A DNA stretch of 64,000 bases, taken from the IMG/VR virus record IMGVR_UViG_3300032084_002349, positions 1-64,000 of that record, one strand, 5' to 3'. The notes under the pieces are model-generated. The model was not told the origin of the DNA and did no database searches. It saw nothing but the letters and a program-made list of their open reading frames with translations. A program made the translations under genes and the position numbers. Below are positions 31,576 to 41,021 of the stretch, in pieces. The stretch comes from an uncultured virus (IMG/VR IMGVR_UViG_3300032084_002349). Lineage: Duplodnaviria > Heunggongvirae > Uroviricota > Caudoviricetes. How positions within the stretch are numbered: the first letter of the stretch is position 1; the number at the start of each line of letters is the position of its first letter.

Positions 31576-31764
31576 ATGTTAAACACTTCAAAAAATTTCG
31601 AAATAGTTTACTCCTCTGATTGCTGTGGTGCTTCGGTTCACTCCGATGCCGATCTTTGCCCAACGTGCCTTGAGCATTGCGAAGTTATCGAAGATAGAAT
31701 CGATTATGATGATTCTGAAGCGGTACACTTTCAGGCTGGTCTCGATTTTTACGGGGCCGCATAA
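31576..31764 (+). CDS. Small Zn-finger-like early protein
   Basis: SDCCG...CPTCLEHC; RBS AAGGA before the ATG at 31576. Confidence 0.65.
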   Translation: MLNTSKNFEIVYSSDCCGASVHSDADLCPTCLEHCEVIEDRIDYDDSEAVHFQAGLDFYGAA

Positions 31765-31891
31765 AGCGGATTGCATAGACGGAAAAATTTTGGTACACTT
31801 TGAAAAAATATTAAAAGGTGCTATATGTTTAGTGAGCAAGAAAAATTAGAAATCACTATTGACGGTCTGCGAAATGGTGATATATTTATGA

Positions 31892-32128
31892 ATGAAGACG
31901 GAATACCAGTCGATGAATACGGCGACCCTATATTTGAGGATGATGCAAAAAATGAATGAATACAAATCAACATCTTTATATGAGTACCTTTACAAAGTAC
32001 TTGACAAATTTGACACGCCTAAATTACAATGCTATTTGGTGGCTTGTCAAGAATGTCGACCAGAAGATTACGAGGGAATTAGAGTAGCACAGAATATACT
32101 TTACTGTAGGAATTTTTATAATGAGTAG
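31892..32128 (+). CDS. Hypothetical early protein
   Basis: 78 aa ORF. Confidence 0.5.
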   Translation: MKTEYQSMNTATLYLRMMQKMNEYKSTSLYEYLYKVLDKFDTPKLQCYLVACQECRPEDYEGIRVAQNILYCRNFYNE

Positions 32129-32444
32129 TACAGAAAAATTAATGAAAAAGTATCAAATCTTATCAGACGCTTGGGACGAATGTGAAAATATTTGGCAGGG
32201 AATTGCTATCCCTTGTCAGAAGTCTGCTGCTGATGGAGGTACTATTGATGGTGAAAAGGTAGTCAAGTTTAGTCGTAAACATTTCAGAAAACGACATACA
32301 AAGGCAAACCCTCGCGTAGTTGGTGGTGTGGATCATATGTCTAAACCTATAGGTAAACCGGGAAGTGCTGAACGTGTCGAGGCATTAAAGAGTCAGTATG
32401 AATTTTTACAGGATCGTGAGGAATCACCCTTTATAGAAGAATAA
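32121..32444 (+). CDS. Hypothetical early protein
   Basis: 107 aa; GKPGSAERVEAL. Confidence 0.55.
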   Translation: MSSTEKLMKKYQILSDAWDECENIWQGIAIPCQKSAADGGTIDGEKVVKFSRKHFRKRHTKANPRVVGGVDHMSKPIGKPGSAERVEALKSQYEFLQDREESPFIEE

Positions 32445-32817
32445 ATATGGTAGATTATTAGATTTTTGGCACAAAGAGTGCCGCCGGGTTTGGTTAAAAA
32501 AATAATAAATAAATAAATAAAATTTCTGTTAAGTTTCTACTGTATGTTGTCGATATATAAAGTATAGGAAAGAATAACCCACGGAGAAAAACAATGTTGA
32601 CAATCTACACTATATTTGGAATCATGGTAGGGTTCGAAGGGTATGATAATGGTAAGGTATATTTTGGGGTGTATACCCCTAATTGTGAGTACGGATATGT
32701 TATGACTGCTGATGAAATTTATCTTGATACAATCTACGAAAAAAAATAAAGATTGTACTTGACAATAAATATAGTATGTATATACTTGACATATAACACT
32801 TACCACGGAGAACTGAT

Positions 32818-32976
32818 ATGTTTAACATCGATATGCAACTTTTAATTGCTGCCCTGGAATCGGAAGGTTGTGTTGAGCCTTGTGACGAGAACAACTCACA
32901 CCCTCTTGATTGGTGTGACGTAACTGGTGTGGACTTGTTTGAAGAAATATATTGGACACCCGAAGAGGCTTATTAA
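32818..32976 (+). CDS. Small hypothetical protein (52 aa)
   Basis: Hand-translated MFNIDMQLL...; GGAGA RBS and upstream promoter. Confidence 0.5.
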   Translation: MFNIDMQLLIAALESEGCVEPCDENNSHPLDWCDVTGVDLFEEIYWTPEEAY

Positions 32977-33018
32977 AATCACGTAACGAGCCGGGCCGCG
33001 TTACGATAAAAAACTTAC

Positions 33019-33065
33019 AGCAAACGATGTGCCAAACAAAAAAAATTTTTGGCATGATATTTGCA
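33019..33065. promoter_or_regulatory. Back-to-back pair of sigma54-type motifs
   Basis: Minus TGGCAC-ATCGT-TTGCT (33019-33034); plus TGGCAT-GATAT-TTGCA (33050-33065). Confidence 0.6.
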
Positions 33066-33101
33066 CACAGAAAAATAATAAAAATATTTCTAAATTAATG
33101 C

Positions 33102-33130
33102 TTGACAAATTCCGATATAGTATATATACT
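33102..33130 (+). promoter_or_regulatory. Sigma70 promoter, one of about 20 similar early promoters
   Basis: TTGACA-17-TATACT. Confidence 0.8.
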
Positions 33131-33167
33131 TAGGATATAACAAGTAACAGATTAGAAAGAAAAGAAA

Positions 33168-33332
33168 ATGAAAACATTTGATAAAAAACAAGTTGAAGAA
33201 TTATTCCAAGTAACTACAATGTATATCACAGATTGCTGTGGTGAGTATGTTTCAGACAACTGCTCAGACATCTGCCCAGCGTGTGGAGAGCATACAGAAA
33301 TTATCACAGAAGAATACGAGGTTAGTCGATGA
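33168..33332 (+). CDS. Small Zn-finger-like protein, paralog of 31576-31764
   Basis: Hand-translated TDCCG...CPACGEHTEII. Confidence 0.65.
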   Translation: MKTFDKKQVEELFQVTTMYITDCCGEYVSDNCSDICPACGEHTEIITEEYEVSR

Positions 33333-33500
33333 GTAACAATAATTGCATCATGCCAGAAGTTAGAAAAAATGTTTGGGTTGTCTATGATACCCAAGGAAAT
33401 AGAATCGGAGAAGTTGGGGCGATGTCAGAAACTGAGGCTAGACAAAAGGTAGCCCAACATGTTATGATACCTTTCAGACTTTCACACATTGAGGAATAAA

Positions 33501-33851
33501 ATGAAAACTTGCAAAGTAAACCCACTGAAGCTAAACGAAACACGGTTCGAAGCAGCCGCACACAAAGAAGGTCGATATGTTAAGCGTTACTATTTCTCTA
33601 ATGGTCTTGGTGCTAGTGTCGCATGTCACAGTGGTACTTATGGCGGTCACGCTGGATACTTTGAGGTCGCTATTCTCAAGTATCCTCTCGGAACCGATCC
33701 AGAGATAACAAGCGAACTGATTTACGACACGCAGATCAATAAAGACCTTGGCTGTGTAGATGTGATTGGATGGCGTGACTTTTTCGAGGTAGCGGATATA
33801 CTACAGCAGATAAGAAACTATAACACAGGGGAGTATGCTTACAATGAGTAA
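33501..33851 (+). CDS. Hypothetical phage protein
   Basis: FSNGLGASV...YGG...FEVAIL; GAGGA RBS. Confidence 0.6.
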   Translation: MKTCKVNPLKLNETRFEAAAHKEGRYVKRYYFSNGLGASVACHSGTYGGHAGYFEVAILKYPLGTDPEITSELIYDTQINKDLGCVDVIGWRDFFEVADILQQIRNYNTGEYAYNE

Positions 33852-34095
33852 TAGAAAAATAATTACAGTCGAAGCCGGAAGTGTATGGGAAAGAAAAAAG
33901 GGACACGGATGGCTTCGGAAGGTTGTAAGTATGTACACTTATGAAGGAATCGAATGGTGCAAGTACAGGCAGGACTATGGTGATGGATGGGAAACGGAAA
34001 ATACCGAAACGGTAGGAGGTATATTAACATTTGATACTAACATGCACGCATGTACAGTAGATGCGATGAAACGATGGGGATATAAAGTAACGTGA
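33835..34095 (+). CDS. Hypothetical protein
   Basis: 86 aa, coupled ORF. Confidence 0.5.
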   Translation: MLTMSNRKIITVEAGSVWERKKGHGWLRKVVSMYTYEGIEWCKYRQDYGDGWETENTETVGGILTFDTNMHACTVDAMKRWGYKVT

Positions 34096-34144
34096 AGAAA
34101 TTAGGCACAGGGAGTGCGGGCTGAAAATATTTAAATTTTATCTA

Positions 34145-34180
34145 TTGACAACTAAAGTTGTACCATGTATAATGTCGATA
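34145..34180 (+). promoter_or_regulatory. Overlapping sigma70 and sigma28-like promoters
   Basis: TTGACA-17-TATAAT interleaved with TAAAG-18-CGATA. Confidence 0.7.
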
Positions 34181-34285
34181 TAACAATAAGGAGTTAAAGA
34201 TGAAAAAAGGATTTGACGCTGATGGAATGTGTGTTATACTTTTCTTAGTGGTTGCTGTTTCAATGATTTTACTTGAGAGGTTCTC

Positions 34286-34549
34286 ATGAGTTACAACGGA
34301 TATAAAAACTATGAAACGTGGAATGTTTGCTTGTGGATTTCGAATGATGAAGGGCTCTACAATCTCAGCATGTCTTGTGCTAATTATGATGAGTTTGTTG
34401 GTACTATGCGGGAATTGGATTCACTGGAAACTCCTGACCATGTAGCATGGAACGATAGCAACTTAGATATAGACGAGATAGACGCCGCATGTTTTGCTGA
34501 AGATGTAGAAGACGACGAGGTAGAAGAAGATGATGCAGCCGTGGCTTGA
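34286..34549 (+). CDS. Hypothetical phage protein
   Basis: MSYNGYKNYETWNVCLWISNDEGLY, an N-terminus I recall from other phages. Confidence 0.65.
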   Translation: MSYNGYKNYETWNVCLWISNDEGLYNLSMSCANYDEFVGTMRELDSLETPDHVAWNDSNLDIDEIDAACFAEDVEDDEVEEDDAAVA

Positions 34550-34838
34550 CTTGGTTCCATTCATTCGGCAATACGGTCCTATCGTTTCGATGGGGTACGT
34601 ATTGTTGTTTGCTTATATGTTTACTAAAATGGTTTTTAAAATAAAATAACATAATTAGGCCCGCCGGATTTTGTTAGAAAATTCAATATAAAAATATCAC
34701 CCTTCGTCTCAGCTAAGCCTTCGGCGTCACTTGTCATAGCACGACAGCCAGCGAATTCCAAAAAAAGTAAAGATTATGCTTGACAACGCCGATAATAACT
34801 GTATACTTGGAATATCACTAACCCATTGGAGACTTGAT

Positions 34839-35055
34839 TATGACACCTGCTGAAAACATTTATCGTTCAGATGAAGACGTTGTTGATGGTCTTGACACCC
34901 ACGACATGATGGAGGATGATCAGTACGACATCTATGATAGGGATGATGACGGACAGCCTACCCTACAGGAAGAATACCACGACTTATACAGTGGTGACGA
35001 TTATATTGGGGATATGTATATGAACACTATTGACTATCCAGAGGATTGGGGTTAA
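34839..35055 (+). CDS. Small acidic hypothetical protein
   Basis: Asp-rich ORF after a promoter and GGAG RBS; start position approximate. Confidence 0.5.
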
Positions 35056-35237
35056 ACTACTACTATGAAATACTACTTTGATGAGTTTGCAACGGAAGAT
35101 ATTCAGATGTGGGTTCGTTGGGCAGGAGATGAGATTCCCAAAGCAAAGTTGAGAGGAGACTTGGACGATGTAAACGATTGGGAAAGTATTGTTCGATCAG
35201 GTGCTAAGGAATTACTAAAAAGATATAGGGATGAAAA

Positions 35238-35465
35238 ATGAATAACGCTATGGATCCAAATTTTCGGTATTACGACTGCAAAAATATTGTTGACGAAATT
35301 ACTGGAGAGGAGCAAGATAATTTGACGATAATGGTAGCAGTACCTAAAATTGATCTAAGTACACCAGAGGATCGACATGAAAATTTAGTTGCAATTTCAG
35401 GTATTGTAGAGCAACAGTATCGTAGGGGTGTTGAAAGTTTTACTTTTGAGGAGTACACAGGATGA
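35238..35465 (+). CDS. Hypothetical protein
   Basis: 75 aa ORF. Confidence 0.5.
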   Translation: MNNAMDPNFRYYDCKNIVDEITGEEQDNLTIMVAVPKIDLSTPEDRHENLVAISGIVEQQYRRGVESFTFEEYTG

Positions 35466-35720
35466 TAATAAACATGATTCAACTTGACCCTGCTAGTTTG
35501 ACGATAGGATATGTATGCGGCACGTTGTTGTGCTGGTATCTCAGAGATATGTTAGACGCTAAGGAGAGCGAATATGAACGAGAAGCAAAGGAAAGCGATA
35601 AAGATAATGATAGTAGCGATGGTTTTGGGAGTTATGTCGATGCTTATCGTGTCGCTACAGGAAGGAAAAGGTGAAATTGCTCAGTTCAATGTAACCACTG
35701 ATAATCAGTAGAACAAAAAC

Positions 35721-35774
35721 AAACCGCCTGTAAGACCTATCCTGATATTGTTTCATGGGGCGAGGCGGTTTTTT
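35721..35774 (+). terminator. Terminator-like hairpin
   Basis: AAACCGCCT...AGGCGGTTT plus U-run. Confidence 0.55.
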
Positions 35775-35867
35775 CTACCAAACCCGGCCGGGCTGATTAT
35801 CTAAAGTTTTTAGCTTGACAAGCCGATAATATTATGGTAGGATGGTAGTACACGAAAGGACAACACT

Positions 35868-36461
35868 ATGAAAACTGTAAGCAACTTACTCTCAGCTTAT
35901 TTAACTAATAGCCCTAATAGCTGTCATGAATTACTCAAACAGTGCCACAATATCGGAGCCAGCTTAAATGATTCTGGTCACAGATTTATGAAGGCTAAAC
36001 TGATTGATAAAAAATATTCAAAAGTCTTTCCGTATCTGGAATATGTAGATGAGGTCGGATATGATTGGACTTTTTGTAAACAGCGAGTATCTGGTAAATC
36101 TCAGCAAAAAATGTTTCAGAAACGTACTGGTAAAACCAATGCTATAACGATTGCTAACAAATTAGGTAAAAACTACACTATGGAAAAAATGTTTGATTAT
36201 ATCATACTCACCCAAACTTCTGCACCATATTCGATTGCTGTAGGTAGTTATGAAAATATTTATCAGTATTTTGAGCATAGCGGCGATAAGATTACAGCAT
36301 CTATTCCACATGAAAAGTTAGATTTTATTGTTAATCCATCAGAGGGTATTGACTTTCCAGAAGAGGCAACATATGATTATGGTAGATTAATGGATACAAT
36401 TTTAGATAGGATGCTAGAACGTAATTTAATGCAGGATGATCAGGTTGTGCTATCTATTTAG
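35868..36461 (+). CDS. Hypothetical protein (weak PD-(D/E)xK-like pattern)
   Basis: 197 aa; GYD...SGK pattern, own promoter and RBS. Confidence 0.5.
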   Translation: MKTVSNLLSAYLTNSPNSCHELLKQCHNIGASLNDSGHRFMKAKLIDKKYSKVFPYLEYVDEVGYDWTFCKQRVSGKSQQKMFQKRTGKTNAITIANKLGKNYTMEKMFDYIILTQTSAPYSIAVGSYENIYQYFEHSGDKITASIPHEKLDFIVNPSEGIDFPEEATYDYGRLMDTILDRMLERNLMQDDQVVLSI

Positions 36462-36476
36462 AAAAAGGAAAGTAAA

Positions 36477-36860
36477 ATGATAAATTTAGTATTGTCTTTA
36501 TGTATGACTTTCGGGCCTTATACTGAAGATATAAAAGATCTATGTGTGGATAGTTATAGTGATGTTATAATGGTTTATGATCTGTATGATCTACATAGAG
36601 AAAATATGGAGCGTTATCTACCAGCATTTGCAAAAGATGAGACTATTGTATTTTATTGGTATATAAAAGACTATTGTTTAATCACGCATGTGGGCGATGA
36701 TGATTTAGCAAAGAGTCTCACAGAAATAGATGATAGCAATAATATATGGTCTTTGAAATACAAGTACGATTTATTAACAGCAGGATGGTTAAAATATATG
36801 ACTGCTTATAATCCACACGAACCATTTGATGTTACGAGACCATCACCAATTGATCCATAA
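36477..36860 (+). CDS. Hypothetical protein
   Basis: 127 aa with a hydrophobic N-terminus. Confidence 0.5.
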   Translation: MINLVLSLCMTFGPYTEDIKDLCVDSYSDVIMVYDLYDLHRENMERYLPAFAKDETIVFYWYIKDYCLITHVGDDDLAKSLTEIDDSNNIWSLKYKYDLLTAGWLKYMTAYNPHEPFDVTRPSPIDP

Positions 36861-36871
36861 AATCATCAAAC

Positions 36872-36903
36872 CAGCCCGCACGCGATATGCCAAAAATTAT
36901 TTT
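36872..36903. repeat. 32-bp exact repeat, copy 1 (contains a minus-strand sigma54-like motif)
   Basis: CAGCCCGCACGCGATATGCCAAAAATTATTTT, identical at 37817-37848. Confidence 0.85.
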
Positions 36904-36974
36904 CTTTTTTTTGTATTGACAACTAAAGTTGAGCCTGTATAATTGACGATATAACAAGTAAGGAGAAAATACTT

Positions 36975-37277
36975 ATGACACACGCAGAAGCAACACAATT
37001 AGTTTTGGGCAAGAATAACAGAATGCAACGCAAGGTGGGAAACAATACTACAGCAAGAATTTTACCGAGTGGTAGCGTAGCGATTCAACATTTCAGTACA
37101 GATATTGTAGTGATTCATGATGATGATTCTGCTACACTGAGGCATGGTGGATGGAAAAGTCCAACCACAAAAAAACGAATCAACAAATATAGTCCAGTGT
37201 CCGTATTCCAGAAAAATTGGGAATGGTTCACTAGTCACGGAACACCTTTTCAGGAAGGTATGAGAGTTTATGCTTGA
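36975..37277 (+). CDS. Hypothetical phage protein
   Basis: GWKSPTTKKRIN motif; strong RBS. Confidence 0.65.
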   Translation: MTHAEATQLVLGKNNRMQRKVGNNTTARILPSGSVAIQHFSTDIVVIHDDDSATLRHGGWKSPTTKKRINKYSPVSVFQKNWEWFTSHGTPFQEGMRVYA

Positions 37278-37337
37278 CATGGTGTTGAGCATATGGTAAA
37301 ATGGTTTTAGGTTTTTTCACACTTTGGAGGAAAAAAA

Positions 37338-37721
37338 ATGGATAATTTGATTTTGATGGCAAGTGTCATTGGTGGAATCGCTGTAGCACTTGTTTTGTTC
37401 GGAGTTTACTCTGTTTACGGTGGTCGTCAGGCTAGTCTCTGCGATGCTAAGGTCGGTGAAGTTTATAACTTTGAATACATGCAGCCACTGCATGGTGATC
37501 CTAAGCGAGTATTGGCTAAGGTTGTCGAAGAGCCTCATAAGTTTTCTAACAGTGCTATCGAGAAGATGAATCGATCTTCTACTTATCGTAGGAACGATCC
37601 AGACTTCAAGCGTACTCATCACATTGTAACATGTGAAACTCATGATGGTGCTATTAGACAGTTCTACTGTGAGCGTGTAAAGAATTGCCGGAAGCCATTG
37701 TTTGGCTGGGCAGTAGCATAA
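37338..37721 (+). CDS. Hypothetical membrane-anchored protein
   Basis: N-terminal TM helix, promoter and RBS. Confidence 0.6.
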   Translation: MDNLILMASVIGGIAVALVLFGVYSVYGGRQASLCDAKVGEVYNFEYMQPLHGDPKRVLAKVVEEPHKFSNSAIEKMNRSSTYRRNDPDFKRTHHIVTCETHDGAIRQFYCERVKNCRKPLFGWAVA

Positions 37722-37816
37722 CGACTCTCTTCGTGGTGTGTTCCGGTACCTGCCCTAAGTTGTTGCTCTGCAATGATTTAGGAGCAGGCCGGAATCAACA
37801 CAAAAATATTAAATTT

Positions 37817-37848
37817 CAGCCCGCACGCGATATGCCAAAAATTATTTT
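37817..37848. repeat. 32-bp exact repeat, copy 2
   Basis: Identical to 36872-36903. Confidence 0.85.
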
Positions 37849-37924
37849 TATTTTTTCTATAGTTTTTAGTTGACACCAGACGATACTATGATATACTTGA
37901 GAGATAACCACAGGAGACAACGAC

Positions 37925-38701
37925 ATGCTAAAATTCTCAACAGCGAATACAAAACTCAAGAAACTATACAAACTCGCAACAACTGTGCTCAAGCGGTGGT
38001 TGGGTCATAAGATAGGACGGTCTACTGCCAAAGTTTATTCTTTCGATATATTATCGGGAGTAGACTGTCCTTTCGCCTATAACTGCAAGTCTCAAGCCGA
38101 AGAGCAGGCAGACGGTAGTCGCAGAATCAAGGACGGCCCTCATACCAAATTCCGTTGCTTCTCTGCTAGTCAAGAAGTATTATTCACCAACACCTACAAA
38201 AGTCGCAAACGCAATCACGACGCTATACATAGTCTGGAGACAAGTGACGCTATGGCAGACGGATTGTGTGCAGCGTTACCCAAGGATGCTCGAATCATTC
38301 GTATTCATGTGTCTGGTGATATGTTTAGTCACAAGTATTTCATGGCATGGATCAAAGTCGCAGAGCGTAACCCCGATGTTTTATTTTACGCCTACACAAA
38401 GTCTCTGACCTATTGGGTTCGTAGTCGTGACCTTGTACCGACTAATCTGGTTCTGACTGCATCGTACGGTGGTCGTGATGATCATCTAATCGCAGAACAC
38501 GGTTTACGATCTGCAAAGGTAGTATTCTCAAAACAAGAAGCCGCCGATTTAGGTTTGGAGATTGATAATGACGACAGCCATGCCTGCGATCCAACCAAAG
38601 CAAATCAGGATTTTGCCCTACTAATTCATGGAGTCCAGCCCAAGGGTAGCGAAGCAGCAAACGCACTAAAAATTCTAAAAAAAGAGGAGGTAGCAGCATG
38701 A
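37925..38701 (+). CDS. Phage GP88-family protein (radical-SAM-like fold)
   Basis: CPFAYNC...CFSA...IRIHVSGD...FYAYTKS. Confidence 0.7.
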   Translation: MLKFSTANTKLKKLYKLATTVLKRWLGHKIGRSTAKVYSFDILSGVDCPFAYNCKSQAEEQADGSRRIKDGPHTKFRCFSASQEVLFTNTYKSRKRNHDAIHSLETSDAMADGLCAALPKDARIIRIHVSGDMFSHKYFMAWIKVAERNPDVLFYAYTKSLTYWVRSRDLVPTNLVLTASYGGRDDHLIAEHGLRSAKVVFSKQEAADLGLEIDNDDSHACDPTKANQDFALLIHGVQPKGSEAANALKILKKEEVAA

Positions 38702-38925
38702 GTAAGTATTATATTTCGACCGGAACACTACAATTAATTTATTCAACAAGTCAACAACCCTATGACGCCTGTAGAACAGTTATACACGAAATGAATGAAC
38801 ATGATGTATTAGACGAATATATGTATATTGACCAGCGTGGAATGAGAGATTATACAAACGCCGACCAACTCACTTTCGTTGTTCCCACCAAAGATATTCT
38901 AAGAAAAGAAGGGTATCCGGTCTGA
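38698..38925 (+). CDS. Hypothetical protein
   Basis: 75 aa, coupled ORF. Confidence 0.55.
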   Translation: MSKYYISTGTLQLIYSTSQQPYDACRTVIHEMNEHDVLDEYMYIDQRGMRDYTNADQLTFVVPTKDILRKEGYPV

Positions 38926-39031
38926 TGTAAAAAAAACACAAAACCAGGCCGCACGGACTGTGCCATAATTATTTTTGTATTATTCTAAAGAATACTATTG
39001 ACAATGACGATAAATATAGTATACTTACAAT

Positions 39032-39346
39032 ACATGGCACGGAAGAGTTACCCAAGTATTCAAGCCCAAGATTGTGATACGATAAGGCTTTATCGTCAAA
39101 CATTCGGAGATACTTGTAGGGTGCAAGTCCCTAGTGCGATGGCCGTACATTAAGACGGATAAGGCGTATACCACCTTGGTAACCTGATAGGTATACGGGA
39201 AAGAATTGCCCTAGTACGGGTAATACCTAAGTCCTACTACATAAACAACTGGTGACCTCTGAGGAGCGTACTCCACTGGGAACGGGGGAGTTCTATACCT
39301 TCCGGCTAGGCCGGGGAAGATTGGACCAACATCGTATAGACGCCAG
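39032..39346 (+). ncRNA. Candidate large structured ncRNA with a tRNA-like 5' domain
   Basis: Own promoter, no long ORF, raised GC, many helices including the T-arm-like TAGGG-TGCAAGT-CCCTA. Confidence 0.6.
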
Positions 39347-39455
39347 CTTGTTTTACCTAATCCTATAGGATTGGTGGCGATGGTGATAGTCAGCGAAAAA
39401 CTAAAGTATTGACAATAGTCTGTCGATAATGTATACTAGGGGAAAGGAGATAATT

Positions 39456-39770
39456 ATGTATTTTCAGTATGACACCAATAGTTCTGTAATGCCAATACCC
39501 TACAAAACTATAGAAACAAGAGTTAATAGTGATAACAAGAAGCAAAAAATTATAGAGATGCTAGATCATTTTTCTAGTATGGGTGTGGAAGAAATTACGT
39601 TGTCAGATATGTCTAAATTTATGGGTACTACCATTAGGCAGGCTAGGTGGTTTGAAGATAAAGATAGGAATAAACTATATCCTGACAATGCTTATACTAG
39701 TCGTGGTGCTCCGTTTCCATCTACTTGGAATGTCCAAATATGGAAAGATTGGCTAAAGGTATTGACATAA
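39456..39770 (+). CDS. Hypothetical protein (possible HTH)
   Basis: AGGAGA RBS before MYFQYD. Confidence 0.55.
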   Translation: MYFQYDTNSSVMPIPYKTIETRVNSDNKKQKIIEMLDHFSSMGVEEITLSDMSKFMGTTIRQARWFEDKDRNKLYPDNAYTSRGAPFPSTWNVQIWKDWLKVLT

Positions 39771-39808
39771 TAATGTCGATATGATATACTAGAGGAAAGG
39801 AGACAATT

Positions 39809-40216
39809 ATGGTTGGTTTTGAATACAAAGTACGGTTTCACTTGCAACGTGGTCAGCACTATATGCACTGGCAGATCAAGGCATATGATGGCACACTCTC
39901 GTATATTGATCCACAAAAGTATCAGATTGAGATGAGAGGCTGCACACTAATCAATAAGAAAAATGCTGCCAAGAAAGTTCATGCGGCAGGCAAGAAGGAT
40001 GTTTGTGGTTGGGTAGAGTGTGAGAATTTTGATATACTAGAAAAAGACAGTTTACCTATTGACAACTTAGAAAGATTGTTGTATAATCCAATAGTCGAGC
40101 CAAGTTGGAGACGACAAGAGGACGATGGTGATTTTGACTGGGACAACTATCACTTTGATATGTTGGTAACAGATGGTAACAGAGTGCATATTGTAGAGGA
40201 GAGATGTTATGCCTAA
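39809..40216 (+). CDS. Hypothetical phage protein
   Basis: KVRFHLQRGQHYMHWQI; promoter and RBS. Confidence 0.6.
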   Translation: MVGFEYKVRFHLQRGQHYMHWQIKAYDGTLSYIDPQKYQIEMRGCTLINKKNAAKKVHAAGKKDVCGWVECENFDILEKDSLPIDNLERLLYNPIVEPSWRRQEDDGDFDWDNYHFDMLVTDGNRVHIVEERCYA

Positions 40217-40724
40217 CTGGTGCATGAATAAATTGACTGTAATACACGAAGACAAGTCTATGATAGACAAGTTAGAAAAAGCCTATCGGAATGATTGGAC
40301 TATCGAGACTTTCTACCCTACTCCAAGAGATCCCGGTGATCCAACCATGATGATGGGTGAAGGTAAAGCGATGAGTAAAGACGATAACCCAAATAACAAC
40401 TGGTATCTATGGAGACTAGCAAATTGGGGTACAAAATGGGACGTTGGGTGTCAAGATGGATATGGTCTGGAGCCAACTAGGGTAGACAATGAACTTAGTA
40501 TGACGTTCGATAGTGCATGGAATCCTCCGCTGGGATTTTATGAGAGGCTGGTAGCCTTGGGATTTGATGTACAAGCGTCATATTTTGAGCCAGGGATGAG
40601 TTTTGCCGGAATATGGCATAATGGTGAGGATAATTTTTATGAGGGTCACTGGAACGATTTTCCAGAGTCTTTGAGAGATGAGTTCAGTATGCACGAATAC
40701 TATGATACTATGGAGGAAACGTAA
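40209..40724 (+). CDS. DUF1281/YubB ferredoxin-like-fold protein
   Basis: MPNWCMN...NWGTKWD...FDSAWNPP. Confidence 0.75.
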   Translation: MPNWCMNKLTVIHEDKSMIDKLEKAYRNDWTIETFYPTPRDPGDPTMMMGEGKAMSKDDNPNNNWYLWRLANWGTKWDVGCQDGYGLEPTRVDNELSMTFDSAWNPPLGFYERLVALGFDVQASYFEPGMSFAGIWHNGEDNFYEGHWNDFPESLRDEFSMHEYYDTMEET

Positions 40725-40760
40725 TACAAAACATATAGTAAGGGTAGCACCCTTGCTATA

Positions 40761-40922
40761 GGACGGTGACTGAAAGTGTGCTGGCCCGCATGAGGGTACA
40801 ACAGTACGCGAATCCTTACCAACGGGCAAGTGCTTGAGGTTTGGGCTAGCGGTGCGAAGTAGGGAACTATGACATATCATGCCCTGAAAAGTTGGAGGTA
40901 GAAAAAGAAGTCCTCCCCGTCC
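40761..40922 (+). ncRNA. Candidate multi-helix structured ncRNA
   Basis: Closing stem GGACGG/CCGTCC enclosing four hairpins with G-U pairs. Confidence 0.55.
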
Positions 40923-40930
40923 AATAATAT

Positions 40931-41021
40931 AAGCCGCTTAACGGGCTGGTACAACTCTAGAGACTTGGTAGTTGCAAGACTATTTGAGAGCGTTGAGGAA
41001 ACAGCCTGTGGCGGTTTTTTT
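40931..41021 (+). ncRNA. Candidate long-stem RNA ending in a U tract
   Basis: AAGCCGC/GCGGTTT, ACGGGCTG/CAGCCTGT and a GCAA tetraloop hairpin. Confidence 0.45.

Noticed and set aside
34700..34760. Small GC-rich foldable segment
   Set aside because: Only short 3-4 bp stems and a single copy; too weak to call
39259..39285. CTGAGGA resembling a hammerhead CUGANGA core
   Set aside because: No properly placed GAAA or stem III found
39032..41021. Assignment of the RNA candidates to tmRNA, RNase P, SRP or raiA
   Set aside because: Hallmark sequences (GGGG..CCA ends with tag ORF, GAGGAAAGUCC, SRP domain IV) were not seen; a TGAAAG match alone is insufficient
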